A stretch of 56,273 nucleotides of DNA, the filler included, from Platydemus manokwari (lineage: Eukaryota): the NCBI GenBank assembly GCA_037951405.1. It is 5 parts of 5 records of this genome, joined end to end, with 100 filler letters (N's around TTAATTAATTAA, not from the genome) between each part and the next. Parts side by side here need not be neighbours in the genome. Positions count along the whole stretch, not along the records: positions 10,025 to 25,216 come from JBBMOY011328094.1; 4 more parts are not named here. The stretch is one strand, 5' to 3'. Made by a program: the position numbers and the translations under genes. Shown here one piece after another: positions 12,291 to 25,316 of this stretch. Each line of letters opens with the position of its first letter. Positions within the stretch are counted from its first letter, which is position 1. Under the pieces are notes generated by a model, which worked only from the letters and a program-made list of their open reading frames with translations, was not told the DNA's origin and ran no database searches.

Positions 12291-15200
12291 CTGTATGTCC
12301 TAGATGACAAACAACTATTGCGAAATATCAAATCGTCAAATCGTCAATGAAATACTGATTAACCTCAATAATAATAGATAATAAAATAATTGATTTCGGT
12401 TCCAGGAGCGGTTTAATGAAAATGATTATTGTTTAATTAAGCAGGAGAATAGCAAAAATTATCCTCAAATTTAAACAAAGAAACAAACTGGTACATAAGC
12501 AATCACAAATCACTCGTCGGATTAAAATCAGCAAGAGTTTGAATCGAGCATAACACGAGAACAGCAATGGGAAAGCAATCAGAGAATCAAGTCATTATCA
12601 GATCATGTTAACGATCAGATCAAGACAAACGAAAATCCGTATGAGATGAGATTTATTTCAGTGGGAAACAATTAACTTAACTAAATTCGAAACTCTTACA
12701 AATGAGAGAATTCTGCAAACTGGCAGGCAAAGAATGGTGAAGTTTTCCTCTCTTATTTAATCAAATCAGTACTTATATTTTGTAGTATTTTTCATTGGTT
12801 CCCAATTGCATACCGTTGAATGACATATTTGGATTTTCTTAAATAATTTTATTATGTCAAACTCTTGTCATTTTCGTTCATCATTATCTCACAAATATTA
12901 TTATGCAGACTGCCTATTTTATCTTTAATCCTACAAGTCATTCATATTTGATTATAATCGCATTATTTTATTAAACTTAATCTTTAGAAAGGACTCCTTA
13001 CGTTGGCCTATAATATGCTAGAATTTATTTAATAATAACCAGAACCATAAATGTTCTTGTAAACATTAGCGAGAAGACATAACTTTTTACCCATTGTTTA
13101 GCAAATTGTCGGGCTGCTATATATCAATTAAATTTAATATAACATAAAATCACAGTTATGGATAGTTAAGCATTAACCGAAACACATAAGTAAGAAATAA
13201 GATGAAAGAGGCATTTTTATCAACATAATCGAGTGTTGAATGCATTTTAATGAATTCATCCTGGAGATAAAGTCGAATCTCTTTCTACCAAATAAACTTT
13301 AAAGGTAATCCGGGGAGAATAAATCCACTTATCATTAATTTGAATAAACCAGAATTTCATCAAAACATCTTAGCAGCCTAGACTTATACAGTTTGTTTAT
13401 GAGCTACCTTTGCGTTAGCCTAACTTGCTAACGTTATACAAATTAAATTTCCTAGTGATATTTTCTGGAAGTCAAATAAATAAGTTGGGCTCCAACCTCA
13501 CATGATGATACCAATTGTAAATTCTGTATAACTTCGGCAATGTGAAGGCATATTATTTATGACCAATTTTATAAATATTTTGATAAGTTTGAAATTATAA
13601 AAATATTTTGATTAAATTAAACATCCTCACACAACCTCATCAAGATTCTGATGAATGTTGATATTAAATATATTTTCTGATATATAATTATAATCATTAT
13701 TATTATTATTATTATTATTATTGAGCTAATTTTTAATATAATTATTATTAACATTGCTTTTGTATCTTTTATGAGCAACAACAACCATTCCCGGAAATAA
13801 GACAGAATAATCAATTCTAGCTGCTTGCGTTGCAATTTGCTGTCAAATATTGACCAGAGAGGTTTCGCCATAAATCAAATTTTTGTTTTTGATAACCCTA
13901 TGACCAGATTAGTTTTGCAGCTTGTCAGTTCTGCTTTCTTTCTAAATATTAATAAATCTTCATGATATCCATGGAAACCATTCCGTATTTTCATATTGAT
14001 TGTCATTTCCATACTGCCTACATTTCTGCAACAGGACGATCATCTACAAATGATCCGAAAGATTATTAGTCATGTTGAACTTGATTTCCACAAATCACAC
14101 CAGTTTTAATTTATTGGTTTTTAAAATGATAAAATCCAAAATATCGATTGATCGTATGGCCAATGTGAGACCTCGATTGCTTGGTTATTTGAAATAATTT
14201 CCTTTCAGAAAGTTTTTATTGAAACATCCACACTATCTTTATCTGAAATCATGGTGACCCTGATCCGATCGATAATATATTATGAAATGTAAAATAATAT
14301 TTTTCATGTAAACACTGCTCTTATATCAAATCAATCAAAGTGAAATCATCTCTTGGAAAAAACGCCACTGCAGCTAGCAGAAGAATCTTCTTCTGTAGTC
14401 ATCTGCGATCATAAAATTTAGACCATTCAGGCGTGATATTTAATAATTAGCTGCATTTGTTTATTTGGTTTCAATTAGTGAGTGCAGTATTGGAATAAAT
14501 AATTGGATTCGGTCGCTAAATATTATTAATATCTCTCATTCGATGGTGAGTTGTAATCTCGTTGTATTCTCGAAATATGAATTATTTTATTAGATAATTA
14601 TGAGAATATTTGTGATTTCAAACTTCTATGAATCATTTTATCAATTTTGATTTGCCATCGACAACATTTACCCGTTCTTGAACAACCTGAATTATTTTTA
14701 TGAATTCGTTTTTGAGATCTGATCAATTATATCAAATAAAAGAAAATTTCGAAAACAAATCTTTTTCCAATCAATCTACCGGTTTTATCAAAAATATTCT
14801 TTTTGTGCATTTTGTGAGTGCCGTGATAATTTTATATGTTTCAAGCTAAGCTTTTATAGTATAATAGCTAATTGTAAAATGAATGAAGGAATGTAAAATA
14901 AATTTAAGAATTATGTTGGGGTATTATTCAGGCGCACATTCCAATATACGTTAATAATATGAATCACCAATCCTCAAAGTTAATTACGAAAATTCAAAAT
15001 TCGCGTCACTATGGTGATTTAATACATGGCTAAGGCGAAAGCATCAATAACATTGAATCACTATGGAAAATCAATAACCACTAAGGGAGAAAAATGAAGG
15101 AACAAAAATGAGTAATCACTCCTACAAAAATCTGGCTATATAAATCCAGCCCAAAATTGAAAAAATGCAAAAAAATTTCGCAAAATAATTTCAGCATAAA

Positions 15201-17547
15201 AATTTGGCAACAAATTTCATCATCAACGCTCAGTACGCTAAAAGTTCTTCAACTTCAGTCAATTATTGGGACAATCTTAACTCATCAATCCTTGGGATAT
15301 CATTACCCACTCAACGGAATGACATTGAAATTCACTCTATCTGTTAATCCAAACATATTTCAATTCATTGAACACGCCATTGATATTATGACGTCAGTGG
15401 TAAATTTTATTATCTGTAAATCAATCATCCGCCCTGAAAATTTGTAGGGTCTAAAAATTAACATGCAGAGCCAGACGGGTTTGGAACATCTACAATAATT
15501 TCTTTAGCTTATTGTCCCAAGTAGGGAGGCATCTAGTTCCTTGCATCGGTTGTTCATTTCATCAGAGCACAACACTAATATCTTTAAATTCCTCACATTA
15601 TGCATTTGATAATTTTGTATTATAATAAAAATATTATCATTATTGCATCACAGTTATTACTCTATCGTTATTATATTATCTGAATTATAACACGCAATCT
15701 ATTGTTCTGAATGGGATCAGATCATTGGTGGAATCACTATTTTCCTGAATTTAATCAATATCAAATTTAAATTACAGATCGTTCAACGAGTTTAAATTAG
15801 ATGAATTGTCTTTAATACGTCACACAAAATACTGCTTAGCAACATGCTAGTAGGATTCCACCAATTTTATTAAAAAAAATTTAAATTAAAGAAACAAGAG
15901 AAGCAAACGGAATGATGATGATAAAATCAATAATAAAATGACAATTAGAAAAAGATGAAAATGAAATAATTTAAGGCAGAATAACGAAAAACAATGTGAA
16001 CGAAATATGTGAGCGATTTACCAGGTTTATGTGCAAATAAGAATAGAAGTCAAGCATTAAAGAATGCGACAAGACAAATTCCCCGCATCAAATAAGGAAA
16101 TTCAATATTAATAAAACATCGAACACAACACATCAAGTATGCCAAAACATGTTATATAAAATGAACACAAATAAATGTAACACATCATTTAAGAAAGAAA
16201 TAGAAGATTACTACTACGAGGTAGAATTTGATGATATCCAATTTTGCTAAGAGAATTATTAATTGTTATTGCGTGGATTATAGAACAAGAACATCAAATT
16301 GGAAGTGCAGAAACTTTTTCTTAATTTATTTCTATGATTTCTCTGCAATATCCACGTTCACGTCTGATTAATTTTACAATATATAATTAAATTAGATTTT
16401 GATATAATTATTAATGAGCGTTCTTTCATTTTTAAATGATATAAAAATTCCTGGTGTAGATATACTGTGGTTATCGGTTTCCGGAGTGGCTACCTATTTG
16501 CCACAAATCTTTTTGTTGTGTTGATAATTGTTCCTATCAAATAAACATCTATTGTTTTGCAACGAGTTTTGATGTTATCAACAGAACAGCAGTAACAATA
16601 TAATGACGAATAACATTTGGTATTTCGATTTGATTTTGTAATCTTAAAACCTTGTTGAACCAAACGATCTAAATAATATTAGCTGCTTTTAAGTAGCTCA
16701 ATTTATTATTGCTGTAAAATTGTTTTCATACGTGTTACTGAAGCTCCGCATACTAGCAACAGTATAAGCTCAATCAAATCGTCCCATCACTACAAATATT
16801 TATTAATATTTTATAATTAAATTTTATAAAATTTGATTTTTATGTTATTCTTCTGACTCGTGCTGCCTTTTTAATCGTCGATAATTTTCCCAAAATAGGG
16901 TAATAGCTGGCAAAAACGAATGCTAGAATATTCAATACATATCCACTTTATATTAATGGATACTTCATATTTATAGTGATGGATTTACTGACATTATTAT
17001 CTCAGTTACAACAAATGTATGGGACTTGATAATAAATAAATAAGAATGAAATTGAGTGAACTGGTTGCAAGGGAATTCATGGTTCTAAATAAATAACAGA
17101 TTTTGTAGAGAGAATAGACATCATTTGGCAGAGTGACCACTTCTATATGGTATTAACATCCAGAATCTGTCAACAAAATTCCTCATTTAATATTTCAAAT
17201 TTCTGTTTATTAGCTCAACAGGCACAATTTTCCATTCTTATTTTTCGAATAAATTTCTTTCGCAATATAATTATAGTTTACAATCATAAAGGGTATATTT
17301 CAGTTGATATCTGTTTCTCGTCCTGAAATTTTAGAAAACCAGACTATCTCCCTTGACTGATATATTTGGCCATTTATCTCCACTACTTCATTTTATCAGG
17401 ACCGAACAGACTTTTCTAGAATTGAGAAATTTTGCCACAAGCTGTAAAATTGCAATGGGAAAATTTAATTGGTTATTTCAAGTGAAATTGGATTGGTTTA
17501 AACAAATTATAAAAGCAACTTATTTATTTGATATCAGTTCTTCTAAG

Positions 17548-18492
17548 ATGAATTCTTCTAAAGTCAATGGAACGAGCTCCTATCAAATTCTTCAATACCT
17601 GACTGGTCTCATTATCTATCCTATTGTTTGTATCTTTGGCTTGATAGCAAATTTACTGACAATTTTAATATTCTCTCATTCGAAACATTTATCCAGCACA
17701 ACGGTCTATTTAATTTCTCTCGCTATCAGTGATTGTCTCAAATTAATCATTGATTTTTTATATTTTCCTGTTGTTTTGATAATTCTCCTCGAGAACTCCT
17801 TACTACCGTTCCATTACGTGTATCCCTATGCATTCTTTTTCTCACAATTTATCAGTAGCGTCTCAGCTTGGTTAACGACCGCCATTGCTATAGAACGTTT
17901 CTTTTTCATTGTGATAATCACCAATAATAAATATGTGATTCCTGTGAAGAAAGCCATTGTCTATTCTGTGTCAATATATTTGATATTACTCTTCTTTAAT
18001 ATTCCATGTGCAAGCAAGTTTCACGTTGTTTGTGTATCGATAAACAATAACTCAGTTTGTGATCTTCAAGTCACAGAATTGTGGATGGAAAACTATTCGT
18101 TGAACAAATTGTATTGGCCCACTCAGACTGTGGTTCGATCGTTCATTCCGTTATTCATGTTGATAATGCTGAATATCAGGATGATTCGATCTTTACACAA
18201 GACCCGATTTAACAAACGGATGAAGGCCAGAAATAGAGTTACATTGATTTTAATATTAGTAATGCTAGGATTCGTCTGTTTCACATTACCTGATACTGTG
18301 ATGTCCGCAATGGGATTCGGATATGTGGATGCCAATCAGGATTCGATTAAAGCTGCCAGAGAAGTCACTGATGCATTGTTGACTATACATTCCCTATACA
18401 ATTTCTTTATCTATCAGTATTTTAATGTCAAATTCCGTATCAAACTCCATCGCATCATCACCTTCGTATGTCATAGGATACAGATCTATTAA
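17548..18492 (+). CDS. Class A (rhodopsin-like) GPCR, FMRFamide/peptide-receptor-like, intronless, ~314 aa
   Basis: Seven hydrophobic segments with GLIAN (TM1), LAISD (TM2), SAW..ERF (TM3), FIP (TM5), FVCFTLP (TM6), YNFFIY (TM7) and FR helix 8. The likely start is MNSSKVNGT (two N-glycosylation sequons) at 17548; the ORF-track start at 17353 is a TTG. Confidence 0.92.
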   Translation: MNSSKVNGTSSYQILQYLTGLIIYPIVCIFGLIANLLTILIFSHSKHLSSTTVYLISLAISDCLKLIIDFLYFPVVLIILLENSLLPFHYVYPYAFFFSQFISSVSAWLTTAIAIERFFFIVIITNNKYVIPVKKAIVYSVSIYLILLFFNIPCASKFHVVCVSINNNSVCDLQVTELWMENYSLNKLYWPTQTVVRSFIPLFMLIMLNIRMIRSLHKTRFNKRMKARNRVTLILILVMLGFVCFTLPDTVMSAMGFGYVDANQDSIKAAREVTDALLTIHSLYNFFIYQYFNVKFRIKLHRIITFVCHRIQIY

Positions 18493-21400
18493 TGTTACAT
18501 CATAGTTAAATTTCATTCGAAACTTGCTCTTTCACAAGAAATTATAAAATCTTATCATCGATGTATTCTCATGTGGAACACTTAATAGAATCTGATCGAA
18601 CGACAATCTAAAACATTGAGATGGAAATAGAAATAAAGCCATGTCCTTGCTCCATTCAGTTTGTTGGAAATAAATAATTATGAAAAGATTATCAGAAAAA
18701 ATTATCTTTCTTTTGATGATAAATAATATCGACACACAAAGTTATTTTATCCCCTTTATTGATATTGCGGTTTGATTGGTGATAAAATCATATTAAATTA
18801 TGCCTATATAGATGGTATTGATATTAGTGATGTCGTATCGGTGGCGTAGGTAATCCATTAGTATTGAATTGTTTGGTGTAATAATATAGAATTTCTCAAT
18901 TGATATCAGTGATTTCTTAGGGGTGACGAATGAGTTTCTGCTTATGTTGTCAAAATATTTTAACAAAATAGAACCAGTGGTTTGAGAAATTAACAGGTAA
19001 AGTCAACAAACGATAGCTATTTAACAAATATCAACACTTCCAATTAAAGAGTCTTCGAGGTTCAATTGGTTATGAAGAATTCATTGTAAATCGTTACTAA
19101 ATGATACTTCATAACCACTTAGTGAGGAGAGAATTCGTGACAAACAAATATGAATGGTAAAAATGAACGAAGAGGCGGTCTGAAGGACAGTAAGGGAAAC
19201 TAGTGGTATTTATTTAGTTTTCAAATTTCGAGTAATGGAAATATTATCTACGATTCAAATTAATTATTCGTTGCCATGGACGGAGATTGTGTGGATAAAA
19301 GCGAATTCCAAAAATTATGAATCATAAAGGGAATATTGAACGGATTTTTGGAGAACTTTGTTGAATAGATTTTCCATCGATATTAATTAAGTTGAAACCA
19401 ATGGCCACAATCGTTATAATCGTTCTTTGAAGTATCAAGAGAATTTTTGATTCGGACGTTTTTTGAAATCCTTTCATCAATGCGGACAAATTTTTATTAC
19501 TTTAAAGAACTTAAAAGAGATAAAAGAGATCTGAGAAAAGAATCTTTTCTTGTTCTCGTCGAAAAATTCGTTATCGATTTACGAAATCATTAATGGGGAG
19601 ATTTGAAAATTTCAAATCATTATAAGCCAGGAAATTGATTCTTGTGATCAAATTTCATGATGAGATTTGACCATATTTTTTGATTTTATAAAGTAATAAA
19701 TGCAGGGATTTGTTGAGATGATTTACTTCTTCAAGGTATTACTAAACTCATTGTTCTTAACAAGATCTCCATAGTAACACTCTTCCTGAAACGAAATGTT
19801 TCTTTAAGCAAGATATTTGATAAATCTTGTGCCCTGTGTATAAAACTTAATAATTGATATCCTATCTTCCACATAAATTTGTAACCCTAATGATATATCG
19901 AAATCTACGACATGTCGATAAGTTGATTGCGAGAGATATAAAACTGATATCGAATCTAAAACCTCAATCACTATAATGAAGTGGTAGGTGAAAATTTATT
20001 TGACTAAAACGGTAGTGCTATCGAGTCGACGAATGAGAGAATTATTCATTGATGAATTCGTGATTTTATCCATACTGATGAGTAAGAAAAATATGCCATC
20101 TACTCCATGCAATTAGTCGTGGTATAAACAGAGAACTCTCATAAATTAAGTTGTCTACGATAAAATAAATGTATGAGTCTGAACTAGCAATTAAATAAGT
20201 TGTGACAACCCTTGAAGTAGATAAGAGTAAAAATTCTCCATTTCATTAATGTCTTCAATCAATATATCCGCTGTGGAATATATTTTGATTCACCACAACG
20301 ATAATGTTTCTCTCTTATAAAATATCTTTGCTAGTTGATTTATCAAAACACATCCATCGCGAAAAGTATTTTATACTTATGATAATGGTTTTACGGTAAA
20401 GCTGAGATGTTCAAAAAGCCGAAAATATTAATATTATATTATCAATTATTAAGCAAAAGATTAATATTTTATTCTCGATAAACAAATATTTAAACCGAAG
20501 ATTAATAATAACTGGATGAACCCTTCAGTTTAAATATGGATTCATGATTCATTCAACAAAAAACATATATTGGTTTTTTTTTATCAATTATATACTGGTA
20601 GTGTACCGATAAAGTTTCAGCTGAAAGATCTTGACAAGTTGATTGCGAATGAGAATGTTAAGAATGTTAGTAATTTTATAAAATATCATTCACAATTATC
20701 CTCCTGAAAATATTAATTGTTGGATGAAGCAATTCAGATCAGTGTTGATTGGTTTTTGGTTTATCTATTGTTTAATGAAAATAATTCACAGTTCCTGTTG
20801 GATGACAGTTTCAATGCACTCGTTGATAATTTCCTAACAATAAGAGGTAGTTGCCTCTTGAAGCTATTTTGGTCTCTTTTGACCGTAGATTTCGAGATAA
20901 CTCTTATTAGTTTTAATAGTCACGAGTATGTTGTTTAAAATTGATCAATTTTATCACTAGGATTGAGTTGAATATTTTTGAATTGTGATGTAAATATTGA
21001 ATTATCCAAAAGATCTTTTCAATTTGATTAAGTACAAGTAGCAAGGAACAAAATAATCTGAGATATTCTCTTTAAACAAGACAAACCCAGAGTCAGATGT
21101 TTAGCTGAGATTCAGAAAATCCAGATATTATTCAAAGGTTATGAGTTGCAATAAATAGGGTTATAAAAATAATAAAAATCATGAAAATATTAAATGACCA
21201 AACTAGGTCATGGGATTTCACATCAAAATTTCCACATCAAGGTAAAAGTAATCCATGTATATGATGAATGTTTAGAAAAAACAACACCAAAATTATTTCA
21301 CACCTTGAGTTTTTTGTGTTCAGAATTTCAAAATCAAGTTATTGTGATTATTTCTATCACTGATGATATTCACATTAATATCTGCATTATAAACACAATA

Positions 21401-24396
21401 AAACGATTTTAAAGAAAATTCATAAATCGTGAATTTACTGGTTTGATGGGACAAAAAGTATTTCGACAGACAATGAGTTTACAATTTGTATGCAGGTTTA
21501 AGACAAGTATTTGATTAAATTTTGGTCTAGATTAGGAATTTAATTCCACCGAAAAGCTCGGTAAGCACGTGATCTAGACGGTTTAAAACATTAAAAGGAA
21601 AATATCAATGAGAAAAGTTTTCTGAATTATTGATAACAATTCAAAATGACAAAATTCTAAACATTATTGAACGAAAAATCCTTGGATCTTGGATTAAAAG
21701 ATTTCTTCAGTCAAGACCATGAATAAGATCTCAGAATGATTGAGCGACATGAGAGGATATCGGACGCTTACCACGTGAAAATGTCTAAGATTAACCGAAA
21801 TGTGGAAAGAATTGTTATAAACATGAAGGACCAAATGAAATCAAACGATTTAAATCTCATGACAAAGCTGAAATTCAATTTCTACATTAATTCAAATTAT
21901 TTTGAATCGAATAATGAAATGATTGGCTCAAAAGAGTGTTGTTTAAATCATTCAAGTTTATGAATTTGTGTGGTGACTTTTTGAATTCTAATATTTAACT
22001 TGAACAGTAATAAACTAAGACTTTTGATATATCAGTAATTTCGATTTTATCTGAATTCATTTCTCGATTTTGTCGAGTTATCAGCTCTTAGATTCAATGT
22101 TCACAATATTTGATCGATTCAAAATATCGGTCACAAATTTATGTTATTTTTAAATTATGTTATTTCAGTGGGTTCTGGTTTTACACATTATTTATCTCTT
22201 TCCTATTTTAATATTCTCTTTTTCTTTTTTCCATTCATTTCTTCTCTTTTGGAAAACAATGAACTGGTACAATTCTTTCATATCTTAATTATTTTTGCTA
22301 TTTTCCTTCACTTTTAGCCTGATAGAGCCATATGGATTTGTTGCTAGAATGATTGGCAGTCCAAATGTAACGATTTCGTGTTATTTCTACTTCTCAATAC
22401 TGTATTAATCAGAATCTCAAATTCAAAATTAAAAAGAGTCTAATAATATTGGAGCTAACTTTATTTGAAATTATTTTTATGCGTTGAGTACTTCGGTATT
22501 ACGATATTAGGCCAATATTATAACGGCCAACACAGTAATTTATTTAGTAATAATAATGCGTCTCAGAAACATGAATATTTTGGTTTATCAAGACTATTTA
22601 ATAAAAATTTAATTTTTCATAAAATAGATCTATATTTTTGATGTTTATCGATGCTTTGTTAAGCTAAACCGTATCTAATCGTATCAGATTTTCCAATTTT
22701 ATTTTATCATTAAATTCAACTTCCTGTTAATTCAAGTTTAAGTTCATTTCCTCGAACTAACTTATCACGTACCTTTTAGACCTGCTATGAAACATGTTCG
22801 ATTGCATTTAAGCTCTATATTTTCACGATTATAAATGATTGATTGTCATACCTTTGATACAATCTTGTCGATATTATAATTTCAGAAATTCTCAATTTTT
22901 GTTATCAATCATGAAAATCTTGAGCATTTTTCGTTATTGATAATATGTTGTCCAGTGTTGTTTATTAGCGATAATCTCTCCAAAATATATAAAGGCGTTT
23001 CAGGACTGGTTGATTGTTTTCGTTGTGGTTTTGTTATCAAGCCTGAAAAGAAATCCCAAACGATACCAAAGAGAGGTTTTTTATTCTATGAACTCAAAGA
23101 TGATTGTTTCTTTGAAATAAACTCGGGCAATATTTCCAATTAACTGCAATTGCTATTGATATATAATTGAGGGAAATTTGAAATCAAAACATCATTGGTA
23201 CAAACGAACAACAAATGTGAAGAAATTTCTGTTTTAAATTTCATATTAATGTGTAAAGATTTGGCATAAACACCATATGGTGTTAATCAGCTCTACATTC
23301 ATTGATGGTGTGGCATATTTTTGATTCTGATGTTCTTCTAATTTCGGTCGAAGTTGTTTATTTTCCGATATCATCTGCAGTGTAGAAATCCAAAATGTTA
23401 CGCGAAAAATATATTTCGACCAACTAAATACATTCTAATTTGTGATAAAAACATATTATTAATATAATATTTATAAATCGATATTATAATGATGGAATCT
23501 AATATCATATATATATTCGAATTTTAAATTCCTCATATTTGATTTCAAAAAACGTCCGAACTAAGTGCTAGGAAATTTATTTATTTATTCTGTCATTGTG
23601 TTTTCATGAATATTAGTTATTGAATTTATAAAAAATATTATTTATTATTTAATACAAATCCTAAATAATCCTAAATAATTTAATAAGCTCAACAAACATG
23701 ATTATTGATAACAAGATTTTGTGCTCAGCTTCAAACTGGATTTTATTTTTTATTTGTTCGCAGTGAATTTATGCACAATAGGAAGTGCTTGTTTGAAAAC
23801 TTTTATAGCAATGAAAAATACTTTATAAAACTCGTAAATTCGGATAGATTTATTTTGGTATTTCAAAAATATCAATCGCTGTGATTGGTGTATTGCAATT
23901 CAAAGATAATCCTCATACAACCTACTTCAACCTTCACATATACCAGCAGAAGAACTTCATGTGAATCTATAATTAAGCTCGATTGCCGGCTTGTATTTCG
24001 AAACAGGAATTATTGGGATAGCACCGTGTGATGCACTGTTGCAACGAATTTGAAATATTCTAAAATTCGGTTCACCAATGATAAACTTAATGGCCACCTT
24101 CACGTCACAGCACGTCTTACATTTAATATTGTTGGGTACCAAATACCTTGACATAAATAATAATGCAAACCATGTAACATTTTTTAAACAACAAGGAATC
24201 AGACCAATATTATTTCTAGGAAACAAAGAATTTCAAGGAATCAAGTGGAGACGATGTAACCAATCAATTTATTTAATTAGCTGCTGTTGTATTGAAAAAT
24301 AACTGATAAAAGATTTAATATAGAATCCATAATTGAGAATTGTAAAAGTAATTTAATAATCACTGGTGGAATGAATATGAATTGAATTTCCGTGGA

Positions 24397-24912
24397 TCAA
24401 CAAATTGTCATTTGATCTGCCACAGGTGGTAAACATGCATATTTCGTTCTCAACGAAAATGTGATATTCAAAGCAGGTTTTTCAATTACAAACGCCATTT
24501 TAGCATCCTCATTTGGATCACATATTAATTCTACCCATGAAATGCTAAATGCTTCCTTACTAGTATATTTTATAAATATATTATCTCCTACATTCAAAAA
24601 TCGTGTTGTATTCAATGTACCAACATTCAATGAAAAATATACTTTGCAAAGAGCGCCAACACCAGGACTAATATTTGGATTACATGATATTGGTTTACAA
24701 GGGCTGTATGACCATTGATATCTATATGGAGTACCATCGTTAAAATATATAGGTGTTGAAGCGATTTGACTTAAATCCACGCTAGCTTTATCCACTGGTC
24801 GGGTGCATTTACAAACGGTAACTTGTATACAATCATATTCGTTAGCTCTGTATTGAGAGATCCAACCAACAATTAAGCAGAAGGCGATTATTCGAAAACC
24901 AATATTCATCAT
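24397..24912 (-). CDS. Secreted single-domain mannose-6-phosphate receptor homology (MRH/ATG27-like) protein, 171 aa
   Basis: Signal-peptide-like N-terminus, then C....C.C, VDLS, YSPCKPISC, ALC, LNVG, IKY, VELICD and FSLRTKYAC, which is the MRH beta-barrel cysteine pattern. No transmembrane segment before the stop. Confidence 0.78.
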   Translation of the reverse strand: MMNIGFRIIAFCLIVGWISQYRANEYDCIQVTVCKCTRPVDKASVDLSQIASTPIYFNDGTPYRYQWSYSPCKPISCNPNISPGVGALCKVYFSLNVGTLNTTRFLNVGDNIFIKYTSKEAFSISWVELICDPNEDAKMAFVIEKPALNITFSLRTKYACLPPVADQMTIC

Positions 24913-25216
24913 TATGAATTATCATTCATTATCAACTTGTTGACATCAAATGAAATTGATTTTTTAAATCTAATTTTGATCAATTATTCATTGATCAGAA
25001 TGCACTGATATGTACATTACATTTCTGCAATTATAGCTTAAAATATTCATGAATTATTGACAAATCTTAATAATATTCCTATCTAAAATTGTATATGTTA
25101 GTAGCAGCTACTTCGTTTGTTACTGGAGTGGCATCAAAGGAACTCATGATTAGGATTTTCACAAATTTATTTATTAAAACAAATAAACATTATTCAAACA
25201 AATTTTGGAGAGCTTT

Positions 25217-25316
25217 NNNNNNNNNNNNNNNNNNNNNNNNNNNNNNNNNNNNNNNNNNNNTTAATTAATTAANNNNNNNNNNNNNNNNNNNNNNNNNNNN
25301 NNNNNNNNNNNNNNNN
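25217..25316. other. Artificial scaffold gap linker
   Basis: N44-TTAATTAATTAA-N44. Confidence 0.98.

Noticed and set aside
17353-17547. N-terminal extension of the first GPCR
   Set aside because: TTG start is not expected in an animal gene, and an acceptor-like AG at 17537 precedes the ATG at 17548. The ATG at 17455 is not fully excluded.
20070-20100. CTGATGAG..GAAA hammerhead-like core (CTGATGA also at ~1145)
   Set aside because: Could not build stems II/III or a cleavage triplet by eye; an Infernal search would be needed.
23880-24302. Short ORFs downstream of the MRH gene as a missing TM exon
   Set aside because: No convincing donor/acceptor pair or receptor-tail motif.
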